DNA from: an uncultured Candidatus Binatia bacterium
GTDB taxonomy: Bacteria > Desulfobacterota > Binatia > UBA9968 > JAJDTQ01
Length of the DNA: 64,000 bases
NCBI GenBank assembly: GCA_965215605.1
Contig: OZ244070.1
Location: 320,001 to 384,000 of the forward strand
Direction: 5' to 3'
The translations under genes and the position numbers were made by a program. Below the pieces are notes generated by a model. The model saw only the letters and a program-made list of their open reading frames with translations, made no database searches and had not been told where the DNA came from. Positions 10,032 through 19,979 of this stretch are shown in pieces. Each line of letters opens with the position of its first letter. The first letter of the stretch is position 1.

Positions 10032-10101
10032 ACCCCGTAAAGCAAACCCATAAGACCAACCACCCCGAAATCCGCCCATGGCAACTCCACGGTAACCCCT
10101 C

Positions 10102-11589
10102 ATGCTTGACGCGATAGCGCAGGCCAGCCTCCAGATCCTCGACCCGGTCCACCTCTTCATGCTGTTCGCCGGGACCTTCCTCGGGCTCATGCTCGGGGTC
10201 ATCCCAGGCATCGGCGGCGTCACCGGACTGGCGCTGCTGCTCCCCTTCACCTTCGACATGGACGCCGTCTCCGCCTTCGCCTTCATCATCGGCATGCTGG
10301 CGGTGACCACCACCTCGGACACCATCCCCTCGGTGCTCTTCGCCGTGCCCGGCACGGTGGGCTCCCAGGCCACCATCATCGACGGCCACGCCATGGCCAA
10401 GCGCGGCGAGGCCGGACGCGCCTTCGGGGCCGCGTTCACCGTATCCGCCATGGGCGGCATCTTCGGCGCCTTGCTGCTCACCCTGTCCATCCCCGTCCTG
10501 AGCCCGCTGGTGCTGACCTTCGGCTCTCCGGAATTCTTCATGATGGTGGTGCTGGGGGTGTGCATGGTGGCGAGCCTCAGCGGCGCGGCGTTGATGAAGG
10601 GCGTGGTGGCGGGAGGCGCGGGCCTGCTCCTCGCCACCGTGGGCACCGACCCCATCCTCAGCGTGGAGCGCTGGACCTTCGACCAGATCTATCTGTGGGA
10701 CGGCTTCCACGTGGTGCCCATCTCCCTGGGCCTGTTCGGCCTGGCCGAGGCCACCGACCTGCTGGTTTCCGGCAAGAGCATCGACGCGGGCGCCCTGGGC
10801 CGGCTCAAGGGCCGCTGGGAAGGTGTCCGGGACGCCTTCCGCCACTGGTGGCTGGTGATCCGCTCCGCCACCCTGGGGGTGTGGATCGGCATCATTCCGG
10901 GGCTCGGCACCCTGGTGGTGGACTGGTTCGCCTACGGCCACGCCCTGCATACCGAGAAGAATCCGGAGAGCTTCGGCACCGGCGACGTCCGCGGCGTCAT
11001 CGCGCCCGAGAGCGCCAACAACGCCAAGGACGGCGGCGGCCTGATCCCGACCCTGGCCTTCGGCATCCCCGGCAGCACCAGCATGGCGCTGTTCCTCGGC
11101 GCCATGGAGATCCAGGGGCTCACGCCGGGGCCCGAAATGCTGAACCAGCACCTCGACGTGATCTTCACCATTGCCTGGAGCCTGGCCCTGGCCAACATCA
11201 TCGGCACCGGCACCTGTTTCCTGTTCACCGACCACCTGGCGCGCCTCGCTACCATCCGCGCCCAGCTCCTGGCCCCGGTGCTGCTGGTGATCATGTTCCT
11301 GGGCGCGTTCATGGCTCGGCGCCACATCGCCGACATCTTCCTGTTCCTCTTCTTCGGACTGCTGGGCTGGACCATGAAGCGCCAGGGATGGCCGCGGCCG
11401 CCGCTTATCATCGGCTTCGTGCTCGGCTCCACCGTGGAGAAGTACCTCTACATCTCGATCCTGACCTACGGCTGGAGCTGGCTGTCGCGCCCCTGGGTCA
11501 TCGTGTTGTTTTTCCTGATCGTCGCTGCGCTGGCCGGTCCGGCCATCCAGCAGTACCGGAACCGGGCCGCCGCGGCCGCGAACCCCTGA
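10102..11589 (+). CDS. tctA: Tripartite tricarboxylate transporter large permease TctA
   Basis: GVIPGIG, VPGT, DGHAMAKRGEAGRA, IAPESANNA and PTLAFGIPGS motifs; highly hydrophobic. Confidence 0.93.
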   Translation: MLDAIAQASLQILDPVHLFMLFAGTFLGLMLGVIPGIGGVTGLALLLPFTFDMDAVSAFAFIIGMLAVTTTSDTIPSVLFAVPGTVGSQATIIDGHAMAKRGEAGRAFGAAFTVSAMGGIFGALLLTLSIPVLSPLVLTFGSPEFFMMVVLGVCMVASLSGAALMKGVVAGGAGLLLATVGTDPILSVERWTFDQIYLWDGFHVVPISLGLFGLAEATDLLVSGKSIDAGALGRLKGRWEGVRDAFRHWWLVIRSATLGVWIGIIPGLGTLVVDWFAYGHALHTEKNPESFGTGDVRGVIAPESANNAKDGGGLIPTLAFGIPGSTSMALFLGAMEIQGLTPGPEMLNQHLDVIFTIAWSLALANIIGTGTCFLFTDHLARLATIRAQLLAPVLLVIMFLGAFMARRHIADIFLFLFFGLLGWTMKRQGWPRPPLIIGFVLGSTVEKYLYISILTYGWSWLSRPWVIVLFFLIVAALAGPAIQQYRNRAAAAANP

Positions 11590-11593
11590 GGTC

Positions 11594-12103
11594 ATGCAAA
11601 AGGCCGTTGCATTGTTGTTCGACGGGTTCTTCCTGGCGCTGCTGGCCGGGGCCGTGGCCACGGCCTGGCAGTGGCCCTTCGCCACCGGGCTCTTTCCGCT
11701 GACCATCGGCATCCCCGTGCTGCTGGTGGCTGCCACGCAGTTCTGCAAGGACGCGTTCCTCAAGGGCGGCGCCAACGAGGTCGAGAGCCATGCGCCGCGC
11801 CAACGCATCCGCGACATCGAGGTGGACCGCTCGGTGCCCGCCCGCCTGGTGGCGCAACGGGCCGGCGCCTTCTACCTGTGCGCCCTGGGCTTTCTGGCCG
11901 CGATCCTGCTCATCGGGTTCAAGCTGTCCGTCCCCCTGTTCCTGGTGTTCTATTTCAGGCGCTTCAGCCGGGCGGGATGGGTCGTGACGGCGATCCTCAC
12001 GGGGCTGTTGACGGGGCTGGTGCTGGGCGTGTTCGACGCCATCCTCTACGTGGTGTGGCCGGACAACCTGCTCGGCTATTTCATCGGCCGATGGACGGCG
12101 TAA
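11594..12103 (+). CDS. tctB: TctB small membrane subunit
   Basis: Four to five hydrophobic segments, FP motif, position between tctA and tctC. Confidence 0.8.
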   Translation: MQKAVALLFDGFFLALLAGAVATAWQWPFATGLFPLTIGIPVLLVAATQFCKDAFLKGGANEVESHAPRQRIRDIEVDRSVPARLVAQRAGAFYLCALGFLAAILLIGFKLSVPLFLVFYFRRFSRAGWVVTAILTGLLTGLVLGVFDAILYVVWPDNLLGYFIGRWTA

Positions 12104-12236
12104 CGGCAATACGCCATCCGTCGACGTCGCTCCGCCGCGCCGGTCCGTTCGTTGACATGGCGCGCGACGGACGTATAGGAAGGAACGAACCACGACACCC
12201 ATGAAACCACCGACGGTACGGACCAGGAGGGTTCCC

Positions 12237-13226
12237 ATGAAAATACGAATGACCTGCCTGTCGCTGATCTCGGCATGCGTCGCGATCTTCGCGGCCCACG
12301 CGAGCGCGGCGGAAGACGCCGCGAAATTCTACAAGGGCAAGCGCATCACGATGCTGGTGCAGTACTCCCCCGGCGGCACCTTCGACATCCGCGCCCGCTG
12401 GATGGCGCGGCACATGCCCGGCGTCACCGGCGCCAAGGCCATCGTACGAAACCTGCCGGGCGGCGGCGGGGTCGCCGGCTACAACCGGCTGTTCCGGCTC
12501 CCGTCCGACGGCCTGACGCTGCTCACCGCGCATACCAAGCTGGTGGCCTTCGACCTCTTCAAGCAGAAGGGTGTGAAATACGACTTCGACAAGTTTGGTT
12601 ACCTGGGACGGGTAATCCGCACCAACACCGCGTTGCTGGTGCGCAAGGATTTGCCGTCGGACATCGAAGGACTGCGCAAGCTCAAACGTATCCGCATCGG
12701 CGCATCCTCCCCCTTCAACGAGGGAATGATCGCGGAGATGTTCGACCTGCCCATCACCATCGTGCCCGGTTACGGCGGCTCCGCGGAACGCATGGCGGCC
12801 ATCGCCCGCGGAGAGCTGGACGCCACCACCGCGGCGGTGGCCACGGGTCTGAGGTTCAAGGACAGGGTCAACATCGCGTTTGCCTTCGTCAAGGACAAGC
12901 GCGTGCCGGACGTGCCGTCGCTGGCGGAGCTGGACGCCAAGGAGCCGTGGCGCAGCTACGCCCTTTCGTTCTCCGACATCTTCGGTACGGTCGTCACCTC
13001 CCCCGGCGTGTCGGAGGCCAGACGGCAATACCTGAGCGCCTCGCTCAAGAAGATCACAGGGATGGAGAAGGCGCAGCAGGAAGCCGCCAAAATGAAGCTC
13101 GTGGTCCAATGGACCGGTCCGGAAGAGCTCAGGAAGACCCTGAAGCCGTTCCTGGATCTCAATGCCGAGACCACCAAGCAGCTCAAGCACGTCATAGAGC
13201 GCAAGTACGTCGGCAAGCTGCGGTAG
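12237..13226 (+). CDS. tctC: TctC/Bug-family periplasmic substrate-binding protein
   Basis: Signal peptide (..AHASAA), FYKGKRIT..YSPGGTFD..AR, RNLPGGGG, GYGGS and RGELD motifs; AGGAGG RBS before 12237. Confidence 0.88.
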   Translation: MKIRMTCLSLISACVAIFAAHASAAEDAAKFYKGKRITMLVQYSPGGTFDIRARWMARHMPGVTGAKAIVRNLPGGGGVAGYNRLFRLPSDGLTLLTAHTKLVAFDLFKQKGVKYDFDKFGYLGRVIRTNTALLVRKDLPSDIEGLRKLKRIRIGASSPFNEGMIAEMFDLPITIVPGYGGSAERMAAIARGELDATTAAVATGLRFKDRVNIAFAFVKDKRVPDVPSLAELDAKEPWRSYALSFSDIFGTVVTSPGVSEARRQYLSASLKKITGMEKAQQEAAKMKLVVQWTGPEELRKTLKPFLDLNAETTKQLKHVIERKYVGKLR

Positions 13227-13250
13227 GAGCCGGCTGGACGGAGCAGACCC

Positions 13251-14423
13251 ATGGAAATCAAGTTCGGGTTGATCAGCGCGGATTCCCACAGCGGGTTCGA
13301 CCGCGACGCGTTCACCTCGCGCATGTCCGTGGCCAAGTGGGGCGAGCGCATTCCACAGGTGAGGGAAGTGGAGGAGGACGGCCGGAAGGTGGACCGCTGG
13401 TGCGTCTACGGCAAGCCCCGTGGCGACAACGTGGGCAACTGTCCGGCGCTCATGGGCGACCCGTTCCCCACCTACCCGCAACACTGGGAGGACGTGCCGG
13501 CGCTGGGGTATGACCCGGCGCAACGACTCAAGGCGCTGGACGCCGACGGCGTCGACGCCGAGGTGCTGTTTCCCAACCCGCCGGGCGGCACCTTCTTCGA
13601 GTTCGACGACCCGGACTTCGAACTGGACGTCGTGCGGGCCTACAACGACTCCCTGGCGGAGTGGACCACGGTGAGCGACCGCTACTTCCCGGTCACCATC
13701 ATTCCGTTCCTGAGCGACCCGGCGACCATCCGGCGCGAGATCGAACGGGCCACCGCGGCCGGTCACCGGGGAATCAACCTGCAAGGCGAAACGCCCGGTT
13801 CGTTGCCCCACCTCACCGATCCCTACTGGGACCCGGTGTGGGACGCGTGCCAGAGCCTGGAGGTGCCGGTGCACTTCCATGGCTCCTGCGGCGTCATGGC
13901 GGGCCGGTCCACCCGGTTCTGGAGCGGCTACTCCCCGCGGCAGGCCCATTCGGCCATGACCAGCACCTCCGCCACGACGCCGGCCCAGATCATCCCGCAA
14001 CTGGTCTTCGGCGGCATCACCGAGCGCTTCCCGCGGCTCAAGTTCGTATTCGCGGAAGCCGGCATCGGCGGCCTGAACTACATCCTCGCCGCATGCGACC
14101 ACGAGTGGGAGTGCCGCCACCTCTGGACCGAGGGGTTGAGCACCCGTCCCAGCGAGGCCGTGCGGCGGCAGATGTTCACCAACTTCTGGTTCGAGACCGA
14201 GGGCATCAAGCTGCGTCACGACATCGGCATGGACAACCTCATGTGGGAATCGGACTTCCCGCACGTGGCTTCCTTCTACCCTCGTTCGTGGCAAGCGGTG
14301 GAGCACGTGCTGGAAGGGGTCTCCGCGGAAGACCGCCGAAAGCTGCTCTACCAGAACGCCATGCGGGTGTACCGGATGGATGCCGTGGCAACCGAGGCGG
14401 CGCCGATGGAAGCACGGGCATGA
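13251..14423 (+). CDS. Amidohydrolase_2-family protein
   Basis: ISADSH, DGVDAEVLFP, AYNDSLAE, ERFPRLKFVFAE and MWESDFPH motifs. Confidence 0.9.
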   Translation: MEIKFGLISADSHSGFDRDAFTSRMSVAKWGERIPQVREVEEDGRKVDRWCVYGKPRGDNVGNCPALMGDPFPTYPQHWEDVPALGYDPAQRLKALDADGVDAEVLFPNPPGGTFFEFDDPDFELDVVRAYNDSLAEWTTVSDRYFPVTIIPFLSDPATIRREIERATAAGHRGINLQGETPGSLPHLTDPYWDPVWDACQSLEVPVHFHGSCGVMAGRSTRFWSGYSPRQAHSAMTSTSATTPAQIIPQLVFGGITERFPRLKFVFAEAGIGGLNYILAACDHEWECRHLWTEGLSTRPSEAVRRQMFTNFWFETEGIKLRHDIGMDNLMWESDFPHVASFYPRSWQAVEHVLEGVSAEDRRKLLYQNAMRVYRMDAVATEAAPMEARA

Positions 14424-15562
14424 GCGTTGCCCAAGGGTTGGTGAGCGCCGACGACCACGTCCAGGAACCCCCCGACCTGTGGACCGGGCGGCTCTCCCGG
14501 AGCCGCTTCGGCGACCGCATCCCGCATCTCGAATGCGACGCCGACGGCGCCGAGCGCTGGGTGGTGGACGGACAGCCGCTGCTCGGCGGCAAGGTGGCGT
14601 CCGCCGGGGCGCTCTTGCCCGACCGGAACCGGGAGCCCCGGTGCTGGGAAGAAGTGCCCGCCACGGCCTGGTCGCCCGCGGAGCGGTTGAAGGCCATGGA
14701 CGCCGCCGGCATCGCGTTTTCGGTGCTCTTTCCCACCGTCGCCGGCATGGCCGGCGAGGCCTTCGGGCGGCTCGATGACCCGGAGCTCGAGACCGCCTGC
14801 GTACAGGCCTACAACGACTGGCTGCTGGAAGAGTGGGCCGCCGCCAGCCCGCGCTTCATCCCCCAGTGCATCGCGCCCATCTGGCCGCCCGAGGCAGCCG
14901 CCGCGGAGATGCAGCGGGCCGTGGCCAAGGGTCACCGGGGCATCGTCTTCCCGGCCCTGCCCATGCACCTCCGGGACGTGCCCCACGTGAGCGGCCCCGA
15001 ATACGATCCGGTGTGGAGCGCGTGCGAAGAGCTGGGCGTGCCGGTATCGCTGCACGCCGGAGCCTCGCCGCAGTTGCTGTACCCGGCGTTCTCCGGACTC
15101 GCCCCGGCCCTGTCGGAAGCCGTGGACGCGGTGACGCGGCCCATGTCCAGCGTCTACGTGCTCTCGCTCCTGTCCTTCTCGCGGGTGCTGCTGCGCCATC
15201 CGCGCCTGCGGCTGGTGCTGGCGGAGAGCGCCGTGAGCTGGGCCATGCTGTACCTGGAATGGGCCGACCACCAGTTCGAGCACGACGGCCTTGCGCGCGA
15301 AGGCTACGACCTCAAGCCCTCGGAGATGTTTCACCGCCAGTGCTACCTGACCGCGTGGTTCGACCCGATCGCGCCCTTCGTGGGCTACCTGGGCGAAGAC
15401 CACATCCTCTGGTCCACGAACCTGCCCCTGGCTACCTCCACGTGGCCGCGCACGCGGGAAACCGTGGAGCGGTGCTTCAAGGGCGTCAGTGACGGAACCC
15501 GCGAGAAGATCCTGTGGAACAACGCAGCCGGGCTTTACGCCATCGAGCCGGCGGGGACGTAA
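14420..15562 (+). CDS. Amidohydrolase_2-family protein
   Basis: ATGA overlap with the upstream stop. VSADDHVQEPPDLW, AYNDWL and RHPRLRLVLAES motifs; the catalytic Asp position reads WSTNLP. Confidence 0.88.
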   Translation: MSVAQGLVSADDHVQEPPDLWTGRLSRSRFGDRIPHLECDADGAERWVVDGQPLLGGKVASAGALLPDRNREPRCWEEVPATAWSPAERLKAMDAAGIAFSVLFPTVAGMAGEAFGRLDDPELETACVQAYNDWLLEEWAAASPRFIPQCIAPIWPPEAAAAEMQRAVAKGHRGIVFPALPMHLRDVPHVSGPEYDPVWSACEELGVPVSLHAGASPQLLYPAFSGLAPALSEAVDAVTRPMSSVYVLSLLSFSRVLLRHPRLRLVLAESAVSWAMLYLEWADHQFEHDGLAREGYDLKPSEMFHRQCYLTAWFDPIAPFVGYLGEDHILWSTNLPLATSTWPRTRETVERCFKGVSDGTREKILWNNAAGLYAIEPAGT

Positions 15563-15696
15563 CCGGCGTTTCAAACCCCTTCGCGGCTCGCCTCGAGCCA
15601 CTGTCTACACGATTGATGGATGAATCTGATTGTGAGTATAGTGGATTCCACCAACGCAGGATTCGACACAACCAGCTTCAGTCAAGGAGGTGACTC

Positions 15697-16656
15697 ATGT
15701 TGACCCCGAAGGACATCGGCGGAGCCATGGGCATGATGCCCGCTTTCGCCACCGACGACGCCGTGGACATCCAGGCGACCCAGACCATCGCCGTGGACAA
15801 CCTGGCCGCGGGGGTGGACCGGATCATCAAGGACGGCATCGACGTCATCTCCACCACCGGCACCTACGGCGAGTGCTACAACCTGCTCTGGGAAGAGTTC
15901 CAGACCATCACCACGGCGGCCGTGGACACGGTGAAGAAGCGCGTGCCGCTGTTCATCGGCGTCACCAGCCCCAACTCGCGGGAGGTGGTGCGGAAGATGA
16001 ACTTCGTCAAGGACACGGGCGCGGACGGAGTGCTCCTCGGCGTCCCCTACTACGAGACGCTCCCCCTGTCCGATGCCGTCCGTTTCTTCCATGACATCGC
16101 CGACCTGTTCCCGACGCTGAACATCCTGATCTACCACAACCCCGGGAACCACAAGTTCACGCTGCCGGTGGGGGCGTTCAAGGAGCTGGTGAAGAAACCC
16201 TCCATCATCGGCATGAAGGACAGCCACCGCACCACCAGCCAGTTCATGAACATGCAGCGGATCACCCAGGGCAGGATCAGCGTGTTCGTGAACCAGACCC
16301 AGCTCGTCCCCTACTACAGCCTGGGCGCCGCCGGCTGCTGGTCCACCGAGGTCTGGATGGGCCCCTGGCCGGTCCTCCATCTCCGGAACCTGGTGCGGCG
16401 CGGCGAGGACGACAAGGCGGCCGAGGTCATCGCCGACATCATGACCGCCAGCCAGGGCAAGCCCGTCCCCGGCGAGGGCTTCAAGCGGCCCGCCGAGTAC
16501 GCGGACTACTGCAAGGTGGGACCCACGCGCGTTCCGTTCCTCAACTTCCCGGACAACCAGATCGAACGCGCCAAGAAGCGCGCCGCCCACTGGATGGAAA
16601 TGAACGAGCGCTATCGCCCGCTGGTGGAAGCCGAGAACGGCCGCAGCGCCGCCTAG
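15697..16656 (+). CDS. NahE-like (trans-o-hydroxybenzylidenepyruvate hydratase-aldolase) DHDPS-family enzyme
   Basis: MLTPKDIGG..MPAFAT, TTGTYGEC..LLWEE, YHNP, GMKDS and WMGPWPV motifs; AAGGAGG RBS. Confidence 0.8.
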   Translation: MLTPKDIGGAMGMMPAFATDDAVDIQATQTIAVDNLAAGVDRIIKDGIDVISTTGTYGECYNLLWEEFQTITTAAVDTVKKRVPLFIGVTSPNSREVVRKMNFVKDTGADGVLLGVPYYETLPLSDAVRFFHDIADLFPTLNILIYHNPGNHKFTLPVGAFKELVKKPSIIGMKDSHRTTSQFMNMQRITQGRISVFVNQTQLVPYYSLGAAGCWSTEVWMGPWPVLHLRNLVRRGEDDKAAEVIADIMTASQGKPVPGEGFKRPAEYADYCKVGPTRVPFLNFPDNQIERAKKRAAHWMEMNERYRPLVEAENGRSAA

Positions 16657-16665
16657 CCGTCCCAT

Positions 16666-17952
16666 GTGTTGCCGGGGGGCGGCTTGGCCGCCGCCCCGGC
16701 AAACCCCCACACCGCCGCAACGAAGCAGGAAGCACGGAGGACCACGAGACTGAAGCCATCCCCAGGCGCATTGGTCCATCGTGGCTTCAGCTTCCTGTGT
16801 GTGGCCATCCTGGCCACGTCCTTCGGTTTCTACATCCAGCGGACCCTGGAGCTGTGGCTCATCTACGAGCTGACGGGCTCCGCCTTCCACCTGGGGCTCA
16901 CCGGACTGGTGCGGGGAATTCCCGTCTTCATCCTCTCGCCGTTCGGCGGCGTCCTCGCCGACCGCATCGACCGCCGCCGGTTCGTGATACTGGTGCAGGC
17001 ATGCAACGGGGCCGTGAACGCCGGGCTGGCGTTCCTGGCGCTGACGGGGCTCCTGGAGGTCTGGCACATCTATGTCTCGGGCTTCATGAACGCGTCGTTG
17101 AACGCCCTCGGCGCGCCCGCCCGCAACGCCATGGTGCCGGGGCTGGTGCCGCGGGAGATGCTGCTCAACGCCCTCTCGTTCACGGCCATGAGCCGGAAGC
17201 TGTCCCAGCTCACGGCGCCGGTCCTGACCGGCTTGCTCATCGTCTGGCTCGGCTCCGGTCCGGCCTATGCCCTCAACGGCGGCGTCTACTTTGCGGCGGC
17301 CTTCCTGGTGGCGGCGATCCACTACGTGTCGGACGTGTCCAGCGTCCGCGAGTCTCCCTTCCGGAGCCTCAAGGACGGCTTCGGGTTCGTCCGCCGGGAG
17401 GCCGTGGTGTGGGTCTTTCTCTCCATGGAACTCGTCACCGTCTACCTCGGGAGCTACCGGGCCTTGCTGCCGATCTTCGTGGCCGGCCTGGGCACCGGCG
17501 CCGAAGGCTTCGGCCTGCTTCTGTCCGCCGCCGCCGGCGGCGCCATCCTAGGCGTCGCCGTGATCATGTCCGTGGGCAACCTCCGCTACAAGGGACTTTG
17601 GACCGCGTTCGTGCTCTTCGCCTATTCCTTCTCCCTGGTGGTGCTGGCGCTGTCGGACTGGTTCTTGCTGGCCATGGCCGCGGTGTTCCTGCTGGGCGTC
17701 TTCGAAGCCGTCCAGATGGTGCTGTGCAACGCCATCGTCCAGATCATCACTCCCGACAGGCTGAGAGGACGGGTCCTGAGCTTCCAGCGGATGATGGGCG
17801 TGGGCGGCACGAGTCTGGGAGAGGCGCAGTCGGGCTTCGTCGCCGCCTTTCTGGGCGCCCCCTTGACCCTGATCGCGGCCGCCGCCGTCTGCTTCGGCGC
17901 CACCCTGGGACTCACGACCTTCAAGAGGGAGGTGCGCAAGGCGGATCTGTGA
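16666..17952 (+). CDS. MFS transporter (start uncertain)
   Basis: GGVLADRIDRRR motif A, PARNAMVPGLV and TPDRLRGRV; about 12 hydrophobic segments. Confidence 0.88.
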   Translation: MLPGGGLAAAPANPHTAATKQEARRTTRLKPSPGALVHRGFSFLCVAILATSFGFYIQRTLELWLIYELTGSAFHLGLTGLVRGIPVFILSPFGGVLADRIDRRRFVILVQACNGAVNAGLAFLALTGLLEVWHIYVSGFMNASLNALGAPARNAMVPGLVPREMLLNALSFTAMSRKLSQLTAPVLTGLLIVWLGSGPAYALNGGVYFAAAFLVAAIHYVSDVSSVRESPFRSLKDGFGFVRREAVVWVFLSMELVTVYLGSYRALLPIFVAGLGTGAEGFGLLLSAAAGGAILGVAVIMSVGNLRYKGLWTAFVLFAYSFSLVVLALSDWFLLAMAAVFLLGVFEAVQMVLCNAIVQIITPDRLRGRVLSFQRMMGVGGTSLGEAQSGFVAAFLGAPLTLIAAAAVCFGATLGLTTFKREVRKADL

Positions 17953-18133
17953 AGTAAACCACGCCGGCTACCCTGCGACCAAGGCCGCCTTGTGGCTGAC
18001 CATCCCGGACAGACGATGGCGCCGCATCGCCTCGCCAATCGTTCTTGTCGCGGCCGCGTTTCCTGTGGCACAGTGCCGGGGAAAGAGCCCTCGGCTACAC
18101 GAACGAACCCTCCTCCGTCGTGAGGAAGGAGAC

Positions 18134-18982
18134 ATGGCCATGATGGTTTGTCCCTATGACGACGAGCGCCTACTGCTGATTCTCCAGGTGGACCACTCCC
18201 GGGTGACCGGGTGGCTGGCGGCCCATTGGGGCAACGACGAGTTCGCGCGTCCCTCGCCCTACGCAGCCATGGTGTTGGCCGCTCAGGAACATGATACCGG
18301 ATGGTGGGACTGGGAGATCAAGCCGCAACTCAACGACGAAGGGCGCCCGTCGGACTACATCGGCAGCATCAGGCACCTGGGGCTCGGCGTCTGGCTCGCG
18401 TTCTATCGGAATGGCATCACGCGGCTGGCCGAGCAGGATGCGTACGCGGGTTATATCGTCTCCCTGCACGCCGAAGCGTTGTTGAGCCAGGGGAAGGGGC
18501 TGTTGTCGTACATGCCCGACTATACGGTGCACTCGGAGGTCCGCGAGTTCCTGGCCGAGCAGGAGTCCTGCCGCGGGAAGTTGATGGAGCGACTGCGGGA
18601 ATCGCTCGTTTACCGCGACCACGTATCGGACCAACAGCTTTGGACGAACTTCAAGCTGATGGAGATCTACGACCAGATGGGCCAGTTCGTCTGCAACCGC
18701 TATCCGTTCAACGCCACCGACCGCAAGAACGGCCCCAGCCCCACGCTGAGCGGCATCGCCGCGCCGGTGAGTCCCGGCCGGGAGGATACGGTGCTGACCT
18801 TCGACATCCGGGATGAACGGAACGCCGTCGTCACCCCCTACCCTTTCGACATCGATCCGTTGCCGGTGTCGTTCCAGGCGAGGCTGGTTCCGGACCGTCG
18901 CTACGAGAGCCAGGAGGAGTTCCTGGGCGAGTACTACGGAGCCGAGCGTCTACCGGTGCGTTACACGCTGCACTCGCGCTAG
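18134..18982 (+). CDS. DUF3891-family protein
   Basis: QVDHSRVTGWLAAHWGN...EHDTGW...YAGYIVSLH...PYPF; AAGGAG RBS before ATG at 18134. Confidence 0.75.
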   Translation: MAMMVCPYDDERLLLILQVDHSRVTGWLAAHWGNDEFARPSPYAAMVLAAQEHDTGWWDWEIKPQLNDEGRPSDYIGSIRHLGLGVWLAFYRNGITRLAEQDAYAGYIVSLHAEALLSQGKGLLSYMPDYTVHSEVREFLAEQESCRGKLMERLRESLVYRDHVSDQQLWTNFKLMEIYDQMGQFVCNRYPFNATDRKNGPSPTLSGIAAPVSPGREDTVLTFDIRDERNAVVTPYPFDIDPLPVSFQARLVPDRRYESQEEFLGEYYGAERLPVRYTLHSR

Positions 18983-19015
18983 TGTCGTGTCTCACAAGCT
19001 CACGACCGCGGCAAC

Positions 19016-19200
19016 TTACACGGATGGCCGGCGGGGCTTCCTCTTGCGCGGAGCCTTCTTCACGGCAGGCTTCTTCACGGCGGCCTTCTTCCCGCCCCCG
19101 CGGCGCGGAGGCGACGCCACGGGCGCCTCTCTCGAAGCCCCGGTCATGTCGATGTCAACGCCGAAGACCGCTGACAGATCCCCGGGCGCCAGCAGCGCCA
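19016..19200 (-). pseudogene. Possible C-terminal remnant of a SWIM zinc-finger-type protein
   Basis: DLSAVFGVDID followed by a Lys-rich tail (KKAAVKKPAVKKAPRKRK) resembles the C-termini of bacterial SWIM-domain proteins; no matching N-terminus. Confidence 0.35.
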
Positions 19201-19401
19201 GCAGCTTGTCCCGGTTGCGGGCCCCGGCGTATTCCTTGTTTCGCGTCAATCACGGGCTCCTCCCCAGCCGGACACCCCGTGAACCGGCAAGGGACGTGAA
19301 CCTTGTCGTTGGTGCGCGCCCCATGGCACATTGGCGGTGGATGACACGCCGCATTGCAGCCAATGCCGAAAGATCTCTCTTGCTTCGAAGGAGACCGGAC
19401 C

Positions 19402-19743
19402 ATGTGGTATCTCGTGCTTTCCCGTTCGCTGCCAGAAAAGGAAGAGGCGAAGCAACGCAACTACGATGACCATCGAGACTGGCTGGAGGAACAGCACCGG
19501 GCGGGGCGGCTGCTCTTTTCGGGCCCGACATCGGACCGCGCCTACGGCATCTATGTCATGCTCGCGTCAAGCCTGAGCGAGGCCAAGGCCCTCGCCGCCC
19601 AGGACCCGCATCACGCCAGGGACATTCGGACCATGGAAGTCCTGGAATGGAACCCGCACCGGGCCTTTCGAATGGACGGCGCCACCATCGACGATGTCGC
19701 GGGGATGGCGACCGGGAGTGAACCTTCCCGGAGCCGGCCGTAA
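19402..19743 (+). CDS. YciI-family protein
   Basis: H..WL..Q...GRLLFSGP...G......S..EA..LAAQDP pattern; AAGGAG RBS. Confidence 0.8.
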   Translation: MWYLVLSRSLPEKEEAKQRNYDDHRDWLEEQHRAGRLLFSGPTSDRAYGIYVMLASSLSEAKALAAQDPHHARDIRTMEVLEWNPHRAFRMDGATIDDVAGMATGSEPSRSRP

Positions 19744-19857
19744 CGGGCCGTGACTGTTCTTCAGGCCGCGTCCAGCCGGAAGAAACGCACTGCCGTCCGA
19801 GGCGTAAATCCTTTAAAATCGGGGGCATACATCCACGCCACCAGTCTTGTACCCATG

Positions 19858-19886
19858 TTGACAGCCCACCAGGGACTTGCTAGGGT
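19858..19886 (+). promoter_or_regulatory. Putative sigma70 promoter with extended -10
   Basis: TTGACA-17 nt-TAGGGT with TG-C immediately before the -10, upstream of 19980. Confidence 0.55.
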
Positions 19887-19979
19887 CGCGACCGGTCGGG
19901 GTGGTTTGCCCCCGCGGCGACAGCGACCATGCCGGTTACCCGGAACCCAGCTACTACGTGCCCGAAGAAGGGAGAAACC

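Noticed and set aside
6520-14306. Long antisense ORFs (e.g. 6520..8799, 9985..11817, 12081..14306 and many similar ones elsewhere)
   Set aside because: Typical shadow ORFs of high-GC coding strands; no family motifs, and they lie opposite well-supported genes.
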